Part shown: one piece after another, positions 1-10,148 of the stretch
Layout: the number at the start of each line of letters is the position of its first letter
Numbering within the stretch: position 1 is the first letter of the stretch
Assembly (NCBI GenBank): GCA_040758135.1
Contig: JBFLWA010000004.1
Span: 76,759 to 140,758 of the forward strand
Direction: 5' to 3'
Source of the DNA: Bacillota bacterium
GTDB lineage: Bacteria > Bacillota > Sulfobacillia > JBFLWA01
Length of the DNA stretch: 64,000 bases
Notes under the pieces: model-generated
Seen by the model: the letters and a program-made list of their open reading frames with translations, nothing else
Told to the model about the DNA's origin: nothing
Databases searched by the model: none
Program-made: the position numbers and the translations under genes

Positions 1-454
1 GGTCACGGGAGCTGAAGGGAAGGAGCGTGACCTCCTCCAGTTCCACGTCCAGACCGGCCGGGCTGATGGATAAGCCGGCTAGCCGGAACCGCAGCGGGAA
101 CGGGAGCAGGAACTGGGCCAGGTCAATGATAAGCTGGCCATTCTGGTAGTCGACACCCACCAGGTCCAAACGATCCACCACCAGGTTCAGCAGCCAGGTG
201 CGGACCAGGGTGGGGGCGACCCGCAGATTGGCCAGGTGGATATCGAGAACCAGCTGGTCGGGACTGATGTCGGCCACTCTCAGTTGCAGTTGGTAGGGGA
301 AGCGCAGTGGCCCGCCGCTCCACTTTCCGCTCAGCTGCAGGAAGCCATCTTCCATTTGGCTGCTGATTTCGCCGGCAGCCTCGCCCAGCAGCTGTTCCAA
401 AGTGCTTTGCCAGTCTTCCGGGGAGATATGGGCCTTGACTCGCGTGATCTTCAT
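1..454 (-). CDS. hypothetical protein, partial (continues past the left window edge; absent from the ORF track)
   Basis: My own translation from ATG at 454-452 reads MKITRVKAHISPEDWQSTLEQLLGEAAGEISSQMEDGFLQLSGKW... and stays open to position 1. A GGGAGG-type RBS lies just upstream. ATGA overlap with the stop of the methyltransferase gene (451-453). Confidence 0.5.
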   Translation of the reverse strand, partial: MKITRVKAHISPEDWQSTLEQLLGEAAGEISSQMEDGFLQLSGKWSGGPLRFPYQLQLRVADISPDQLVLDIHLANLRVAPTLVRTWLLNLVVDRLDLVGVDYQNGQLIIDLAQFLLPFPLRFRLAGLSISPAGLDVELEEVTLLPFSSRD

Positions 455-1644
455 GTTCTCCCTCCCGCCTGCCGCGCCCGGAAGAAACGCTCCACCGCCG
501 GGTCGACCCCGAACATCGCCCGGTAGCGGAGGTACTCCTCCTGCCGGCTCCGGTTACCCCGGCTCACCTTCTCTGCCCGCAGCATGATGTTCTTTGGTGT
601 ATCCAGGGGTGAGACATATTCTACCACCGAGGTCCGGTAGCCGTGGGCCTCCAGGAAGAGGGTGCGCAGGGCATCTGTGAGCAGATCAGCGAAGCGCCGT
701 CGGTAGACGGCGGGTTCCAGTAGCGCGCCCAGGAGGCCCGGGTCGAGCTGACCGTAGAGCTCGGTCTGGCAGCAGGGGACCACCACGATTAGCTCCGCCC
801 TCCAGGCGATCCCGGCCGCCAGGGCGGCATCGGTCGCCGTATCGCAGGCATGGAGGCTGAGCACCACATCTACCGGGTTATCGGGCCGGTAGGTCTGGAT
901 GTCGGTGGCGACAAACCGCATGTTCCGGTAGCCCAGCTGCCGGGCCATTTGGCTGGCGGTCTCCACCACCTGGGCATTGGAGTCGAGCCCCGAGAAGAAA
1001 CAGTGGGTACGCAGCTTCTCCCGGAGGTAGTAGTTGATGGCGAATGAGAGATACGATTTGCCGCAGCCGCAGTCGACCAGCTCCACCCGCTCGCGCGGCC
1101 AGTCGCGCCTAAGCAGGGGGTCGAGGAGTTCGATGAAGTGGTCGATCTGGCGGTACTTGCGGCGGCGGTCGGCCCGGATTTTCCCATCGGGGCTCATCAG
1201 CCCCAGCGCTTTCAGGACCGGATCGGCCTCGCCCGGAGCCAAGTACCATTCGCGGGGCCCCTCCAGCGCAGCGCCACTGTGTCCTCCCTCGGCATCGTGC
1301 GCCGTCTGGCGGTTGCTAATGGTCACCTGGTCGCCCCGGATGGTGATCTCCAGGGTCGAGACCCGGTCAGTGCAGGTGATGCGGGCGGCCGGTGCCTCTG
1401 CCACCAGGGCCAGCAGGCGAGCCGGTAATTCGCCCGGTTCAATATTCTCGCGGGTGCCGCCGCTCCGCCATTCGAGACGCCCCGGCCGGTCAGCCGGCCT
1501 GGCCTGGACCGAGGCGGTCATAGCAGCTCCCCCGGCGTCGGCGAAGACGGTGGCCTCCAGTTCCCGAAAATCCAACTCATTGGAGACCCGCCCGACCAGC
1601 CCCAACAGGGCCAACTGGAGCTTGCCCCGGCGGTCAGCGGCCAC
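451..1644 (-). CDS. class I SAM-dependent methyltransferase
   Basis: 397-aa ORF with SAM motif I-like VELVDCGCGKSYLSF and downstream VLSLHACDTATD, typical of Rossmann-fold MTases. Its start overlaps the ArsR stop by 11 nt. Confidence 0.8.
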   Translation of the reverse strand: MAADRRGKLQLALLGLVGRVSNELDFRELEATVFADAGGAAMTASVQARPADRPGRLEWRSGGTRENIEPGELPARLLALVAEAPAARITCTDRVSTLEITIRGDQVTISNRQTAHDAEGGHSGAALEGPREWYLAPGEADPVLKALGLMSPDGKIRADRRRKYRQIDHFIELLDPLLRRDWPRERVELVDCGCGKSYLSFAINYYLREKLRTHCFFSGLDSNAQVVETASQMARQLGYRNMRFVATDIQTYRPDNPVDVVLSLHACDTATDAALAAGIAWRAELIVVVPCCQTELYGQLDPGLLGALLEPAVYRRRFADLLTDALRTLFLEAHGYRTSVVEYVSPLDTPKNIMLRAEKVSRGNRSRQEEYLRYRAMFGVDPAVERFFRARQAGGRT

Positions 1645-2017
1645 GCTTCTTGCCCTCGCACTCCCGGCAGGAAACGATGGGGTCTTGAGCCAGCCGGCTC
1701 AGGGCTGCCGCCTCTCGCCGGAACCCCTCCAACTCGTCGGGACTGGTCTCAAGGATAGTCTTGAGCCCCATAGAGGCGGCTACCAAGGCCTCCCGGTCCA
1801 GAGAATGAAAGACCCACTGCCCCTCTCGCCGCTCCCGGACCAGGCCGGCATCCTTCAGGGCCCGCAGGTGCTGGGAGATGGAGGGCTGGTTCATGCCCAA
1901 CACCGTTTCCAGCTCACAGACACAGAGATCCCGAACAGCCAGGCACTTGACGATCCGAAGCCGGTTAGCCTGGCCCAGTACCTTTAGCAAGCGTTCATAT
2001 TTAATGAACAGATCCAA
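1634..2017 (-). CDS. ArsR/SmtB family transcriptional regulator
   Basis: 127-aa ORF with the ArsR wHTH signature LRIVKCLAVRDLCVCELETVLGMNQPSISQHLRALKDAGLV. Confidence 0.85.
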   Translation of the reverse strand: MDLFIKYERLLKVLGQANRLRIVKCLAVRDLCVCELETVLGMNQPSISQHLRALKDAGLVRERREGQWVFHSLDREALVAASMGLKTILETSPDELEGFRREAAALSRLAQDPIVSCRECEGKKRGR

Positions 2018-2072
2018 AAGGCCTTCCTCCTTGGTCTCAGCGCCGAAGTCATGGTATAGTCGTACTTAGTAT

Positions 2073-3014
2073 GTGCCCACTGCACGAGGAGATGAGACTT
2101 TGCTGACAGTTATTGCTCCACTCCTGGCCGGCGTCATCCTGGGGCGCCGCTTCGCTCTTCCCACCATCATGCGGGTCTTCGAGACTCTGGTTCTGGTCTC
2201 ACTGGTCTTTCTCCTGCTGACCATGGGCGCCCTCATTGGCTCCGACCCTCAGGTAATGGCCTTCCTTCCCGTCATCGGCTGGCACGCTCTCTGGCTGGCC
2301 CTGGCCGCGGTGGCGGTGAGCACCGGCGCGGCCTGGCTGGTGCAGAGGGGGTACCCCGGTGACTGGCTGTCCGGTGGAGCCGACCAGGAGGTAGCGGCCG
2401 AAGAGCGCGGACTCCCAATGACCTGGCTGATCGTGGGCGCGGTTGGTGTCGGCCTGCTCCTGGGCCGACTGGTTCTGGACGGGGCCTGGCGGCTCCAGTT
2501 GACCTCCCTCAGCTCGCTTTTCCTCGGCCTCCTGTTGCTGGGGATCGGTGTCGATTTGGGCTCCCGGTGCTCGCTCCCCGGGCAGCTAGCTTCCCTCGGC
2601 TGGCGCGCCCTGCTGCTGCCGGCGGCGGTCGCTTCGGGCAGTATCGCCGGAACGGCGTTGGTGGGAGGCATCTTCGGCCTGCCGCTGCGCGAAGCCGCGG
2701 CGGTGGGTGCTGGCTTCGGCTGGTACAGCCTGTCGGGGGTAATCATCAGTAGCTTGCATGGCACCCAGTTAGGCGCCCTGGCCTTCCTGACCAATGTTCT
2801 TCGGGAGCTGTTGGCCGTGGTGGCCATCCCCCTGGTCGCCCGCCGGCTCGGGCCGGTAGCCGCGGTGGCACCGGGCGGCGCCACTGCCATGGATACTACA
2901 CTCCCGCTCATCGCCCGGGCGGCGGGGCCCCAGGCCGCGGTCCTCGCCTTTCTCAGCGGGGCCATCCTCTCCAGCCTGGTCCCGGTTCTGGTCCCCTTGT
3001 TCCTCTCCAGCTGA
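2073..3014 (+). CDS. LysO-family (DUF340) membrane exporter-like protein
   Basis: 313-aa polytopic membrane ORF starting at GTG 2073. The two-half hydrophobic architecture and C-terminal GGATAMDTTLPLI resemble the lysine exporter LysO/DUF340 family (from recollection). Confidence 0.6.
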   Translation: MPTARGDETLLTVIAPLLAGVILGRRFALPTIMRVFETLVLVSLVFLLLTMGALIGSDPQVMAFLPVIGWHALWLALAAVAVSTGAAWLVQRGYPGDWLSGGADQEVAAEERGLPMTWLIVGAVGVGLLLGRLVLDGAWRLQLTSLSSLFLGLLLLGIGVDLGSRCSLPGQLASLGWRALLLPAAVASGSIAGTALVGGIFGLPLREAAAVGAGFGWYSLSGVIISSLHGTQLGALAFLTNVLRELLAVVAIPLVARRLGPVAAVAPGGATAMDTTLPLIARAAGPQAAVLAFLSGAILSSLVPVLVPLFLSS

Positions 3015-3403
3015 CCAGAAGAAGTGTCCGGTGAGTCTGTCGGAATTTCCCGGGAAATGGCCGGTGGTGCAGTCAGCTATACTTCGCGCCCTTCCGGTGT
3101 TTTCCCTGAGATGCTGTTCGGTTCCGGCCCGGAGTCCAACTGCCTCAGCTCCGTGTACCATAACAATGACCATCATCGCCAACCGGCGGGTGAGCAGGAG
3201 GGTTTCGAAGCGGTTAAAGTCTTCCAGAGTCTCACCGGACAGACGCTGGTATCCATTGAGGACGGCTGGGGCAAGTTTAGATTGGCCAAACACGTGGGCC
3301 ATGACCTCCGCATTGGCCGGATCGACCCGGGGGGCGGCGATGCAGGCCGAACCCCACTCAACTACAGCCACTGCACCTGGTGCGGGGTCGCATATTTCCG
3401 CGG

Positions 3404-5839
3404 TTAACGGAACTCGCCCATCGGGTTATATCGCTTGAGCAGGGAGGAATTGGTGACCACTGAGACCGAACTGAAGGCCATGGCCGCGCCGGCCAGGATC
3501 GGGCTGAGTAACCCAGCCGCAGCCACCGGAATCCCCAGGGTGTTATAAATCAGGGCCCAGAACAGGTTCTGCCTGATCTTGCGCATGGTCATCCGGCTCA
3601 GCTTGATAGCGGCAGCGATCCCCCGCAGGTCGCCCCGCATCAGGGTGATGTCAGCAGCTTCCATGGCCACATCGGTGCCGGTGCCGATGGCCATCCCCAC
3701 ATCAGCGGTGGCCAGGGCCGGCGCATCATTGATCCCATCGCCGACCATGCCCACTACCTTGCCGGCCGCCTTCAGCTTGGCTACCTCGTTGGCCTTATCT
3801 TCGGGAAGGACCTCGGCCAGGATTCGGTCGATCCCCACCTGCCGGGCGATCGCCTCGGCGGTGCGCTGGTTGTCGCCGGTGATCATGATTACCTCGATCC
3901 CCATCTTCCGCAGAGCCTCCACCGCCGCACGAGAGGTCGCCTTGACCGTATCAGCCACCGCCACCACCCCGGCCAGCTGCCCATCAATGGCGACCAGCAT
4001 GGCGGTCTTGCCCTCCCCTTCCAGCCGCTCTACATCAGGCAGAATGGCGGCCAGGTCGATCTGGTTTTCGGCTATCAGGCGACGGGTGCCGATTAACACG
4101 TCCCTCTCGCCTACCCGGGCCCGAACCCCGCGGCCGGGGATTGCCTCAAACTGGTTTGCCTCGGCCAGCTCCAGCCCCCACTTTTGGGCAGCGGCAACGA
4201 TTGCCTGGGCCAGCGGGTGCTCGGAACCCCGCTCGGCCGAGGCCACCAGCCGGAGTAGCTCCCGCTCGTCGCCAGTGGTAGGCAGCACATCGGTCAGCTC
4301 GGGCTGGCCCTTGGTGATGGTCCCGGTCTTGTCCAGGACCACCGTGGTCAGGCTGTGGGCCTTCTCCAGGTGTTCTCCGCCTTTGATCAGGATCCCGTTC
4401 TCGGCACCCCGCCCGGTACCGACCATGATAGCGGTAGGGGTAGCCAGCCCCAGGGCGCAGGGGCAGGCGATGACCAGGACGGCCACGGTGTGCAGGAGCG
4501 AGTTAGTCACCGATGCGCCCAGGAAGAAGTACCAGACGACAAAGGTCAGGAGCGAAATGCCGACCACCGCCGGGACGAAATAGGCGGAGACCACATTGGC
4601 CAGGCGCTGGATGGGTGCCTTCTGCCCCTGAGCCTCTTCCACGATGCGGATTATCTGGGCCAGGGCGGTGTCCCGCCCCACCCTGGTGGCTCGAAACTTC
4701 AGCGCCCCATAGCGGTTGATGGTGGCTCCCACCACCTCGTCGCCTATCTTCTTGTCCACCGGCAGGCTCTCGCCGGTGAGCATCGACTCGTCCACGGTAG
4801 AGTTGCCCTCGATGATCTCACCATCTACAGGGATCTTCTCTCCCGGGCGGACGATGATGATCTCACCCACCTCGACCTCCTCCACCAGGACATCCAGCTC
4901 GACACCGCCCCTCACTACCCGAGCCGTCCGGGCCTGTAGCCCCATGAGCTTTCTGATGGCCTCGGAGGTCCGGCCCTTGGCCACCGCCTCCAGCAGCTTG
5001 CCCAGAAGGACCAGGGTGATGATAATGGCGCCGGTCTCGTAGTAGACGTGATGGTAGCCGATGGATCGTCCCCAGACGGTCACCCACAGGCTGTAGAAAT
5101 AGGCGGCCGAGGTTCCCAGGGCCACCAACACCGACATGTTAGCGCTGCCGCCCCGGACCGACTTGTAGCCATCGACATAGAAATGCCAGCCAGCCATGAA
5201 CTGGACCGGGGTGGCCAGCACCAGCTGCAGCCAGGGGTTGGCCAGCAGCGGCAGGGGGTTGACCGTCATGATCTCGAAAGTCATCTGGAGGAGCATGGGA
5301 AAAGAGAGTATCGCCGAGATGACCAGCAGCCGCTTCTGGCGGCGGATCTCGGCCTCGCGAGCCCTCCGCTCGGTATCCTCTTCTCCGGGAGTAGCCGGGT
5401 CAACCGCCTGGTAGCCAGCCTCGGCTACCGCTTTGGTCAGCTCCGGTGCTCCGGTGACCATTGGCAGATACTCGACCGAGACCGTCTCGGTGGCCAGGTT
5501 GACCACCGCGCTCACCACGCCGGGTGCCCGGCTCAGGGCCTTCTCCACCCGGGCCGCGCAGGCCGCGCAGCTCATACCGACGATGTTCAGCCGGGTCTTG
5601 GCTATGGCCAGATCGTAACCGATGGTCTTGACCGCCTCGTGCAGCTGCCTGATGGTGACGCTCTCATCGTGGACTACTATGGCCTTTTCGGTGGCCAGAT
5701 TGACAGTGGCCGTACTGACTCCGGGCAGCTCAGCCAGGCCCTTCTCCAACCGCTTGACACAGGCAGCGCAGGTCAGGCCGGTAACAACCAGAGTGGTCTT
5801 AACTCGTTCGCTCAGTCCGGGACCCTCCTTTGCCAGCAC
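3404..5839 (-). CDS. copA: copper-translocating P1B-type ATPase
   Basis: 811-aa ORF with two N-terminal HMA domains ([16 protein letters not shown]), TGES, the CPC motif ([11 protein letters not shown]), DKTGTIT and GDGINDAP. The exact start codon is uncertain: the TTG at 5839 has a poor RBS. Confidence 0.95.
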   Translation of the reverse strand: MLAKEGPGLSERVKTTLVVTGLTCAACVKRLEKGLAELPGVSTATVNLATEKAIVVHDESVTIRQLHEAVKTIGYDLAIAKTRLNIVGMSCAACAARVEKALSRAPGVVSAVVNLATETVSVEYLPMVTGAPELTKAVAEAGYQAVDPATPGEEDTERRAREAEIRRQKRLLVISAILSFPMLLQMTFEIMTVNPLPLLANPWLQLVLATPVQFMAGWHFYVDGYKSVRGGSANMSVLVALGTSAAYFYSLWVTVWGRSIGYHHVYYETGAIIITLVLLGKLLEAVAKGRTSEAIRKLMGLQARTARVVRGGVELDVLVEEVEVGEIIIVRPGEKIPVDGEIIEGNSTVDESMLTGESLPVDKKIGDEVVGATINRYGALKFRATRVGRDTALAQIIRIVEEAQGQKAPIQRLANVVSAYFVPAVVGISLLTFVVWYFFLGASVTNSLLHTVAVLVIACPCALGLATPTAIMVGTGRGAENGILIKGGEHLEKAHSLTTVVLDKTGTITKGQPELTDVLPTTGDERELLRLVASAERGSEHPLAQAIVAAAQKWGLELAEANQFEAIPGRGVRARVGERDVLIGTRRLIAENQIDLAAILPDVERLEGEGKTAMLVAIDGQLAGVVAVADTVKATSRAAVEALRKMGIEVIMITGDNQRTAEAIARQVGIDRILAEVLPEDKANEVAKLKAAGKVVGMVGDGINDAPALATADVGMAIGTGTDVAMEAADITLMRGDLRGIAAAIKLSRMTMRKIRQNLFWALIYNTLGIPVAAAGLLSPILAGAAMAFSSVSVVTNSSLLKRYNPMGEFR

Positions 5840-5870
5840 CTAGCTCGATAAATCCGCTAAACGTTCTCAC

Positions 5871-5929
5871 ATACCCTACGGGGGTATCGTACTTTAGTCC
5901 ATCATACCGCTACCTCCGGCCGCTGTCAA
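5871..5929 (-). promoter_or_regulatory. copA promoter with CsoR-type operator
   Basis: On the minus strand, TTGACA (5929-5924), a 17-nt spacer, then TATGAT (5906-5901). The palindrome ATACCCTACGGGGGTAT (5871-5887) lies just downstream of the -10 element and matches my recollection of the CsoR operator upstream of Bacillus copZA. Confidence 0.6.
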
Positions 5930-6037
5930 CCAATGTTTTCTCAACGCGCAAGGAGACCACCGCTCCAACGGTAGTCTCCCCTGTTTCCCATCGCCTCTGC
6001 CCACCTCCGTACGGAGGCGGGTTTAAGCCAGTGTCAA

Positions 6038-7450
6038 TTAGCGGCGCGTCGGCCGGGTCTGGTGGATGGCGTGGCCCAGGATATCCTCGGCCGCCTCGGC
6101 CACCGCCTCGGGTAAGGTCGGGTGGGCATGGATGGTCCCGGCGATCTGCTCGGCGGTAAGCCCGTGGTTAACCGCCAGCGCAATTTCGGCAATCAGGTCA
6201 CTGGCGTGGGGGCCCATTACCTGGCCGCCAATAATCCGGCCCGAAGCGGCCTCGGCGACCAGCTTGACCAGGCCATCGGTCTCGCCCAGAGCCATGGCCT
6301 TGCCATTGGCGGCAAAGTTGAACCGTCCAGTGCACACCCCGATCCCCGCCTCAGCGGCACTGGCTTCAGTATGACCGACACTGGCCAGTTCGGGGAAGGT
6401 GAAGACGCAATTGGGGACAACCCGGTAGTCAATGGGCCGCTTACGCCCGAACAGGTTCTCGGCGGCCACGATCCCCTCCATCGAGGCCACATGGGCCAGG
6501 AGGGGTTCACCAATACAGTCGCCCACCGCCAGGATACCAGAGACTGAGGTCTCCAGGTATTCGTTGACCATGATGCCGCGCCGGTCGTACTGGATCCCCA
6601 GGCGATCCAGGTCGAGCCCGCCGAAGAAAGGGCGCCGGCCGGTGGCCAGGTAGACCCTTTCGGTCACCAGGGTCTGGTCCCCCTCGGCGGTAACCACTGT
6701 CACCTCCAGACCGCCGTCGCCCGGAGCGATCTCGGTCACCCGGGCCTCGGTCAGTAGCCTAACCCCGCGCTTCTTGAGCGCCAGGGTAAAGCGCCTGACC
6801 ACATCCTGGTCAAACATAGGCAGAACGCTGGGCAACAGTTCGACCACGGAGACTTCCACTTCAAGGGCGGCGAAGATGGAAGCATACTCCAAACCGATGA
6901 TGCCCCCACCGATGATCACTGCCGACTCTGGCAGCTGGCCCTTGAGCTCTAACGAAGTGCCGAGAGCGGCCGCGTGTTCCAATCCCCTGATGGGCGGGAA
7001 GATGGGCTCAGAGCCAGTGGCAATGATGATCTGAGCGGTCTCGAACTCGCTGTCCCGGCCGTCGCTATTGGTCACCCGGACCCGACCGGCCGCCTCAATC
7101 TGGGCGGTTCCGTGGATGACATCGACCCCGTGGCTCTTGAGCAAGGTACCGATGCCGCGGCGCAAGCGCTCGGCCACCGACAGCGCGTGCTCGAAGACGC
7201 CCGGCGGCCGGCCGCCGAGGCAGTCAAGCCTGGCCAGCCCGAAGGTTTCTACCTCTTTCAGCAAGCCGAAGACCTCGGCCGAGCGGTGCAGGGCCTTGGT
7301 GGGGATACAGCCCCGGTTGAGGCAGGTCCCCCCCAGCTGGTCCTTTTCGATGACCAGCACTCTGGCCCCCAGTTGGCTGGCGCGGATGGCCGCCACGTAG
7401 CCGCCGGGACCGCCGCCGATGATAATCAGGTCACAGTTCAAACTCCTCAC
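6038..7450 (-). CDS. lpd: dihydrolipoyl dehydrogenase (L protein / E3)
   Basis: 470-aa ORF with FAD motif IIIGGGPGGYVAAIRASQLG and redox disulfide GGTCLNRGCIPTK. Its start overlaps the end of the ligase gene; an alternative TTG start lies at 7441. Confidence 0.9.
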   Translation of the reverse strand: MRSLNCDLIIIGGGPGGYVAAIRASQLGARVLVIEKDQLGGTCLNRGCIPTKALHRSAEVFGLLKEVETFGLARLDCLGGRPPGVFEHALSVAERLRRGIGTLLKSHGVDVIHGTAQIEAAGRVRVTNSDGRDSEFETAQIIIATGSEPIFPPIRGLEHAAALGTSLELKGQLPESAVIIGGGIIGLEYASIFAALEVEVSVVELLPSVLPMFDQDVVRRFTLALKKRGVRLLTEARVTEIAPGDGGLEVTVVTAEGDQTLVTERVYLATGRRPFFGGLDLDRLGIQYDRRGIMVNEYLETSVSGILAVGDCIGEPLLAHVASMEGIVAAENLFGRKRPIDYRVVPNCVFTFPELASVGHTEASAAEAGIGVCTGRFNFAANGKAMALGETDGLVKLVAEAASGRIIGGQVMGPHASDLIAEIALAVNHGLTAEQIAGTIHAHPTLPEAVAEAAEDILGHAIHQTRPTRR

Positions 7451-8261
7451 CTCTTCCCTCGAGATTCCAGCGGTCGGTGCCGTACTTGCCGGCCACCAGC
7501 CGGTCAGCCAGCCGGCGCTCCTCGGGGGTCAGCCCATCGGGAACCAGTGGAGCCCCCAGCGCCTCAGCGAACCCCGCCTCCACCGCTACGGCTACCTCCT
7601 CCGGTCCCGGGCTATACCCCAGCACCCGTCCGAGCCAGCTCATGCGGGTCGCGGCCAGCCGCCGGGCGACCGCGGCCGTTATTCCGAGGCTGCCGGCCAG
7701 CCGCTCTACATCGAGATCGATGAGGATCGACCCGTGCTGCAGAAGAGCTCCCCAGCGGCGAACCTGCGCGCTGCCCACCAGCTTACGCCCTTCGGCCATT
7801 AGCTCGTGGCGGGATGGGGCATCGAAGCAGGCAGCGGTCTCGCCCCGGCCGTGCAGGGCCGGCTCGGAGAGGGACAACCGGGCCCCGAGGAGGGTCAGAC
7901 CCCGCACCAGGCATAGACTGAGCCGGTAGTAGGACTGCTCCACCGACCCCCTGGCCAGCGGATGGTCGTCGGGCAGGGCCACGCTGTAGGTGAGCTCCCG
8001 GTCGTGCATTACTGCCCGCCCTCCGGTGGGACGCCGGACCAGCCCCAGCCCGTGGCGGGCCAGGTAGTCGCGGTCTACGGCCCGCGCGGTGCGCTGGAAG
8101 TAACCCAGGGAGACGGTAGCCGGCTCCCAGCGGTAGAGGCGGAGCGTAGGCGGGCAATCGCCGCGCCCCACGGCCCGGGCAATGGCCTCATCGACTGCCA
8201 TGTTTTCCGCCCCGGGGCGGGCGCCGTCCCGGATGATTCGCCACGTCTCTTTTTCACTCAA
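7431..8261 (-). CDS. lipoate-protein ligase family protein (LplA/LipM-like)
   Basis: Carries the conserved N-terminus WRIIRDG..PGAENMAVDEAI and RLYRWEPATVSLGYFQ. The track ORF extends to 8450 but would overlap the upstream gene. I place the start at TTG 8261-8259, preceded by GGGAGGG, giving an 8-nt overlap with the upstream stop. Confidence 0.8.
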   Translation of the reverse strand: MSEKETWRIIRDGARPGAENMAVDEAIARAVGRGDCPPTLRLYRWEPATVSLGYFQRTARAVDRDYLARHGLGLVRRPTGGRAVMHDRELTYSVALPDDHPLARGSVEQSYYRLSLCLVRGLTLLGARLSLSEPALHGRGETAACFDAPSRHELMAEGRKLVGSAQVRRWGALLQHGSILIDLDVERLAGSLGITAAVARRLAATRMSWLGRVLGYSPGPEEVAVAVEAGFAEALGAPLVPDGLTPEERRLADRLVAGKYGTDRWNLEGRGEEFEL

Positions 8262-9243
8262 AGGCAATCCCTCCCGCGGCCAGCTGGAAGGCCTCCTCAG
8301 CCTCCTCCGGCGCCAGTGGCACCGGGTAGTTGTAGGGGACTTGCCCTGGACGCTCGTTGTAGTAGGGGCGGTTGCAGTCCCGGCATCCGCTGGTGCGAAA
8401 GGCCTCGCCCCCGTCCAGGGCAGCCCGCAGGGCCTGTCGTCCGGCCTCACCGGGGCCCCAACCCCGCAAGACCGCCAACCGGCCGTCGGTGAACCCCAGT
8501 TGGTCGGCGGCGACCTCCCTAACCGCGATCAGCCAGCGCAAGAGCTGGACACGGCGGTAATAGTCCAGGGGCGGCGACGGACGCCCGGCCAGGCGAGTCC
8601 CCCGCACCGGGGTGAAGGCGAAGAGCCCGGCGGTGACCCCCCAGCCTTGCAGCCGGAGCCAGAGGCGGGCCAGATCCTCCTCGGTCTCTCCCAGTCCAGC
8701 GATGAAGTGGGTGGTGATCCGGCCCGGAAAGCGCTGGGCCGCCTCCTCCAGCGCGGTCAGCCCGGCTTCCAGGTCGCCGCCCTTGACCGCGTGGTAGAGC
8801 TCGGGCGTGGCGGCATCCAGCGGGACGGCCACCCGGTCTGCCCCCGCCTCCAGCAGGGCTGGGATAGTTCCAAGCTGGCTGGGGTGGAGCGACAAAGAGA
8901 CCGCTCGCCCGGTGAACGCCATGGCCGCCACCAGCCGGGGAAGACGCCGGGCCACGCCCGGCTCGCCCACCACCTGCAGGCACACCCGGCGGAGCCGCTG
9001 GCCGCCCTCGGTCGCCAGGGCTTCCTCGACTTGGGACAGGGGAAACTGGGGCCAGCTGACCCGGGAGAGCAGCCCGGTCTGGGCCTGGCTCGCCCGGGCC
9101 TGGGCGCAAAAAGCGCAGTTATTGGCGCATTGCTCCCCGATCATCAGGTAAGCCGTGGTCGGCCAGGCCGCCACCCGGACCCGGCTGAGTCCGAGGGCGG
9201 CGGCGGTGCCGGCCGAGACGCGCACCATGGTATCGGCGGTCAT
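8254..9243 (-). CDS. radical SAM protein, LipS1/LipS2-like candidate
   Basis: Single CX3CX2C motif (CANNCAFC). ATGA overlap with the upstream radical-SAM gene (ATG 9243-9241, TGA 9242-9240). I could not see a LipA-type RSSY C-terminus. Confidence 0.65.
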   Translation of the reverse strand: MTADTMVRVSAGTAAALGLSRVRVAAWPTTAYLMIGEQCANNCAFCAQARASQAQTGLLSRVSWPQFPLSQVEEALATEGGQRLRRVCLQVVGEPGVARRLPRLVAAMAFTGRAVSLSLHPSQLGTIPALLEAGADRVAVPLDAATPELYHAVKGGDLEAGLTALEEAAQRFPGRITTHFIAGLGETEEDLARLWLRLQGWGVTAGLFAFTPVRGTRLAGRPSPPLDYYRRVQLLRWLIAVREVAADQLGFTDGRLAVLRGWGPGEAGRQALRAALDGGEAFRTSGCRDCNRPYYNERPGQVPYNYPVPLAPEEAEEAFQLAAGGIAFE

Positions 9244-10148
9244 AGGGCACAGCACTCCTCGCCCCAGGCAATGGCCAGTCCCAGGCCGGCAGCGAATTCC
9301 TCCAGCCCGGCCGCGGGCTGGACAATGGCATTGATCCCGGCCCGCACCGCCAGCTGGTCCAGCTCCTGCCGGTAGCGGCCGCCAGGGCGCAGGCAGCCCA
9401 GGAGTAGCCGGGTGCCGGGAAGCCGGAGGCGGGCCTCGGCCAAGAAGGCGGCCACCTCGGCCAGGTCGGGGCGGGGCCGGTCAGCGTAGGCCGTCCCCGG
9501 GGTGGGGATAAAGACAATGAAGACCAGTACCTCAGGGGGCTCGGCGGCCAGGCGCTCCAGGGTGCCCCATTCTCCGTCAATGGCACCACCCTTAAGCCCC
9601 AAGCAGACATGGGGCACCGTCCGCACCCGCTGGCTCAAGGCGCGATAGGCCCGCCAGTAAGCATCGCCGGAGACCGCCAGACCATAGACCTCCCGGATGG
9701 TCTGGTCATCAGTGACCAGATCGAAGGAGACCGTGTCGGCCAGCCCCTCCAGCTCGGGCCAGCGCTCCACCGGGAAGAGCCCGACATGGAAGTTGAGCCT
9801 AACCTGCCGGGCCAGTCGGGCCAGTTGGGTCCGGTGCGGCGAGAAGTGGAGGCTGCCGTCGGCGGCGCAGCCTCCACTCACCAGTACACTGGAAATGCGT
9901 CCGGCTTCGGCCTCCTGCCCGACTCGCTCCAGATCCCCCATGGGTAGCAGGTAGCGTCCGCCGCAGTGGGCGCAGTTCAGGGCGCAGTCGGAGCCGGTGA
10001 GGCTCACCGCCCTGGTACGCCCCAGTCGGATCAGAGTCAGGAGCGGGGCGAAGTTGGCCTCCCGCACCGCCCAGGCCCGGGCCAGGGAGTCGCCGCCACC
10101 CCCCGGTGGGGGCGACGGCGCCCGAAGGCTCACTGCCCGGCCCGCCAC
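9240..10148 (-). CDS. radical SAM protein, LipS1/LipS2-like candidate
   Basis: Single CX3CX2C motif (CALNCAHC). Start is GTG 10148 or GTG 10133; the latter gives a GTGA overlap with the gcvPB stop. Confidence 0.65.
   Translation of the reverse strand: MAGRAVSLRAPSPPPGGGGDSLARAWAVREANFAPLLTLIRLGRTRAVSLTGSDCALNCAHCGGRYLLPMGDLERVGQEAEAGRISSVLVSGGCAADGSLHFSPHRTQLARLARQVRLNFHVGLFPVERWPELEGLADTVSFDLVTDDQTIREVYGLAVSGDAYWRAYRALSQRVRTVPHVCLGLKGGAIDGEWGTLERLAAEPPEVLVFIVFIPTPGTAYADRPRPDLAEVAAFLAEARLRLPGTRLLLGCLRPGGRYRQELDQLAVRAGINAIVQPAAGLEEFAAGLGLAIAWGEECCAL

Noticed and set aside
2769-3371. 200-aa minus-strand ORF between copA and the LysO-like gene
   Set aside because: It overlaps the 3' end of the LysO-like gene by ~245 nt, and its C-terminal two thirds are low-complexity Gly/Arg/Asp sequence. 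Only the first ~70 aa (EWGSACIAAPRVDPANAEVMAHVF...LEDFNRFETLLLTRRL) faintly recall the C-terminus of an APH-type phosphotransferase. That is too weak to call either a gene or a pseudogene.
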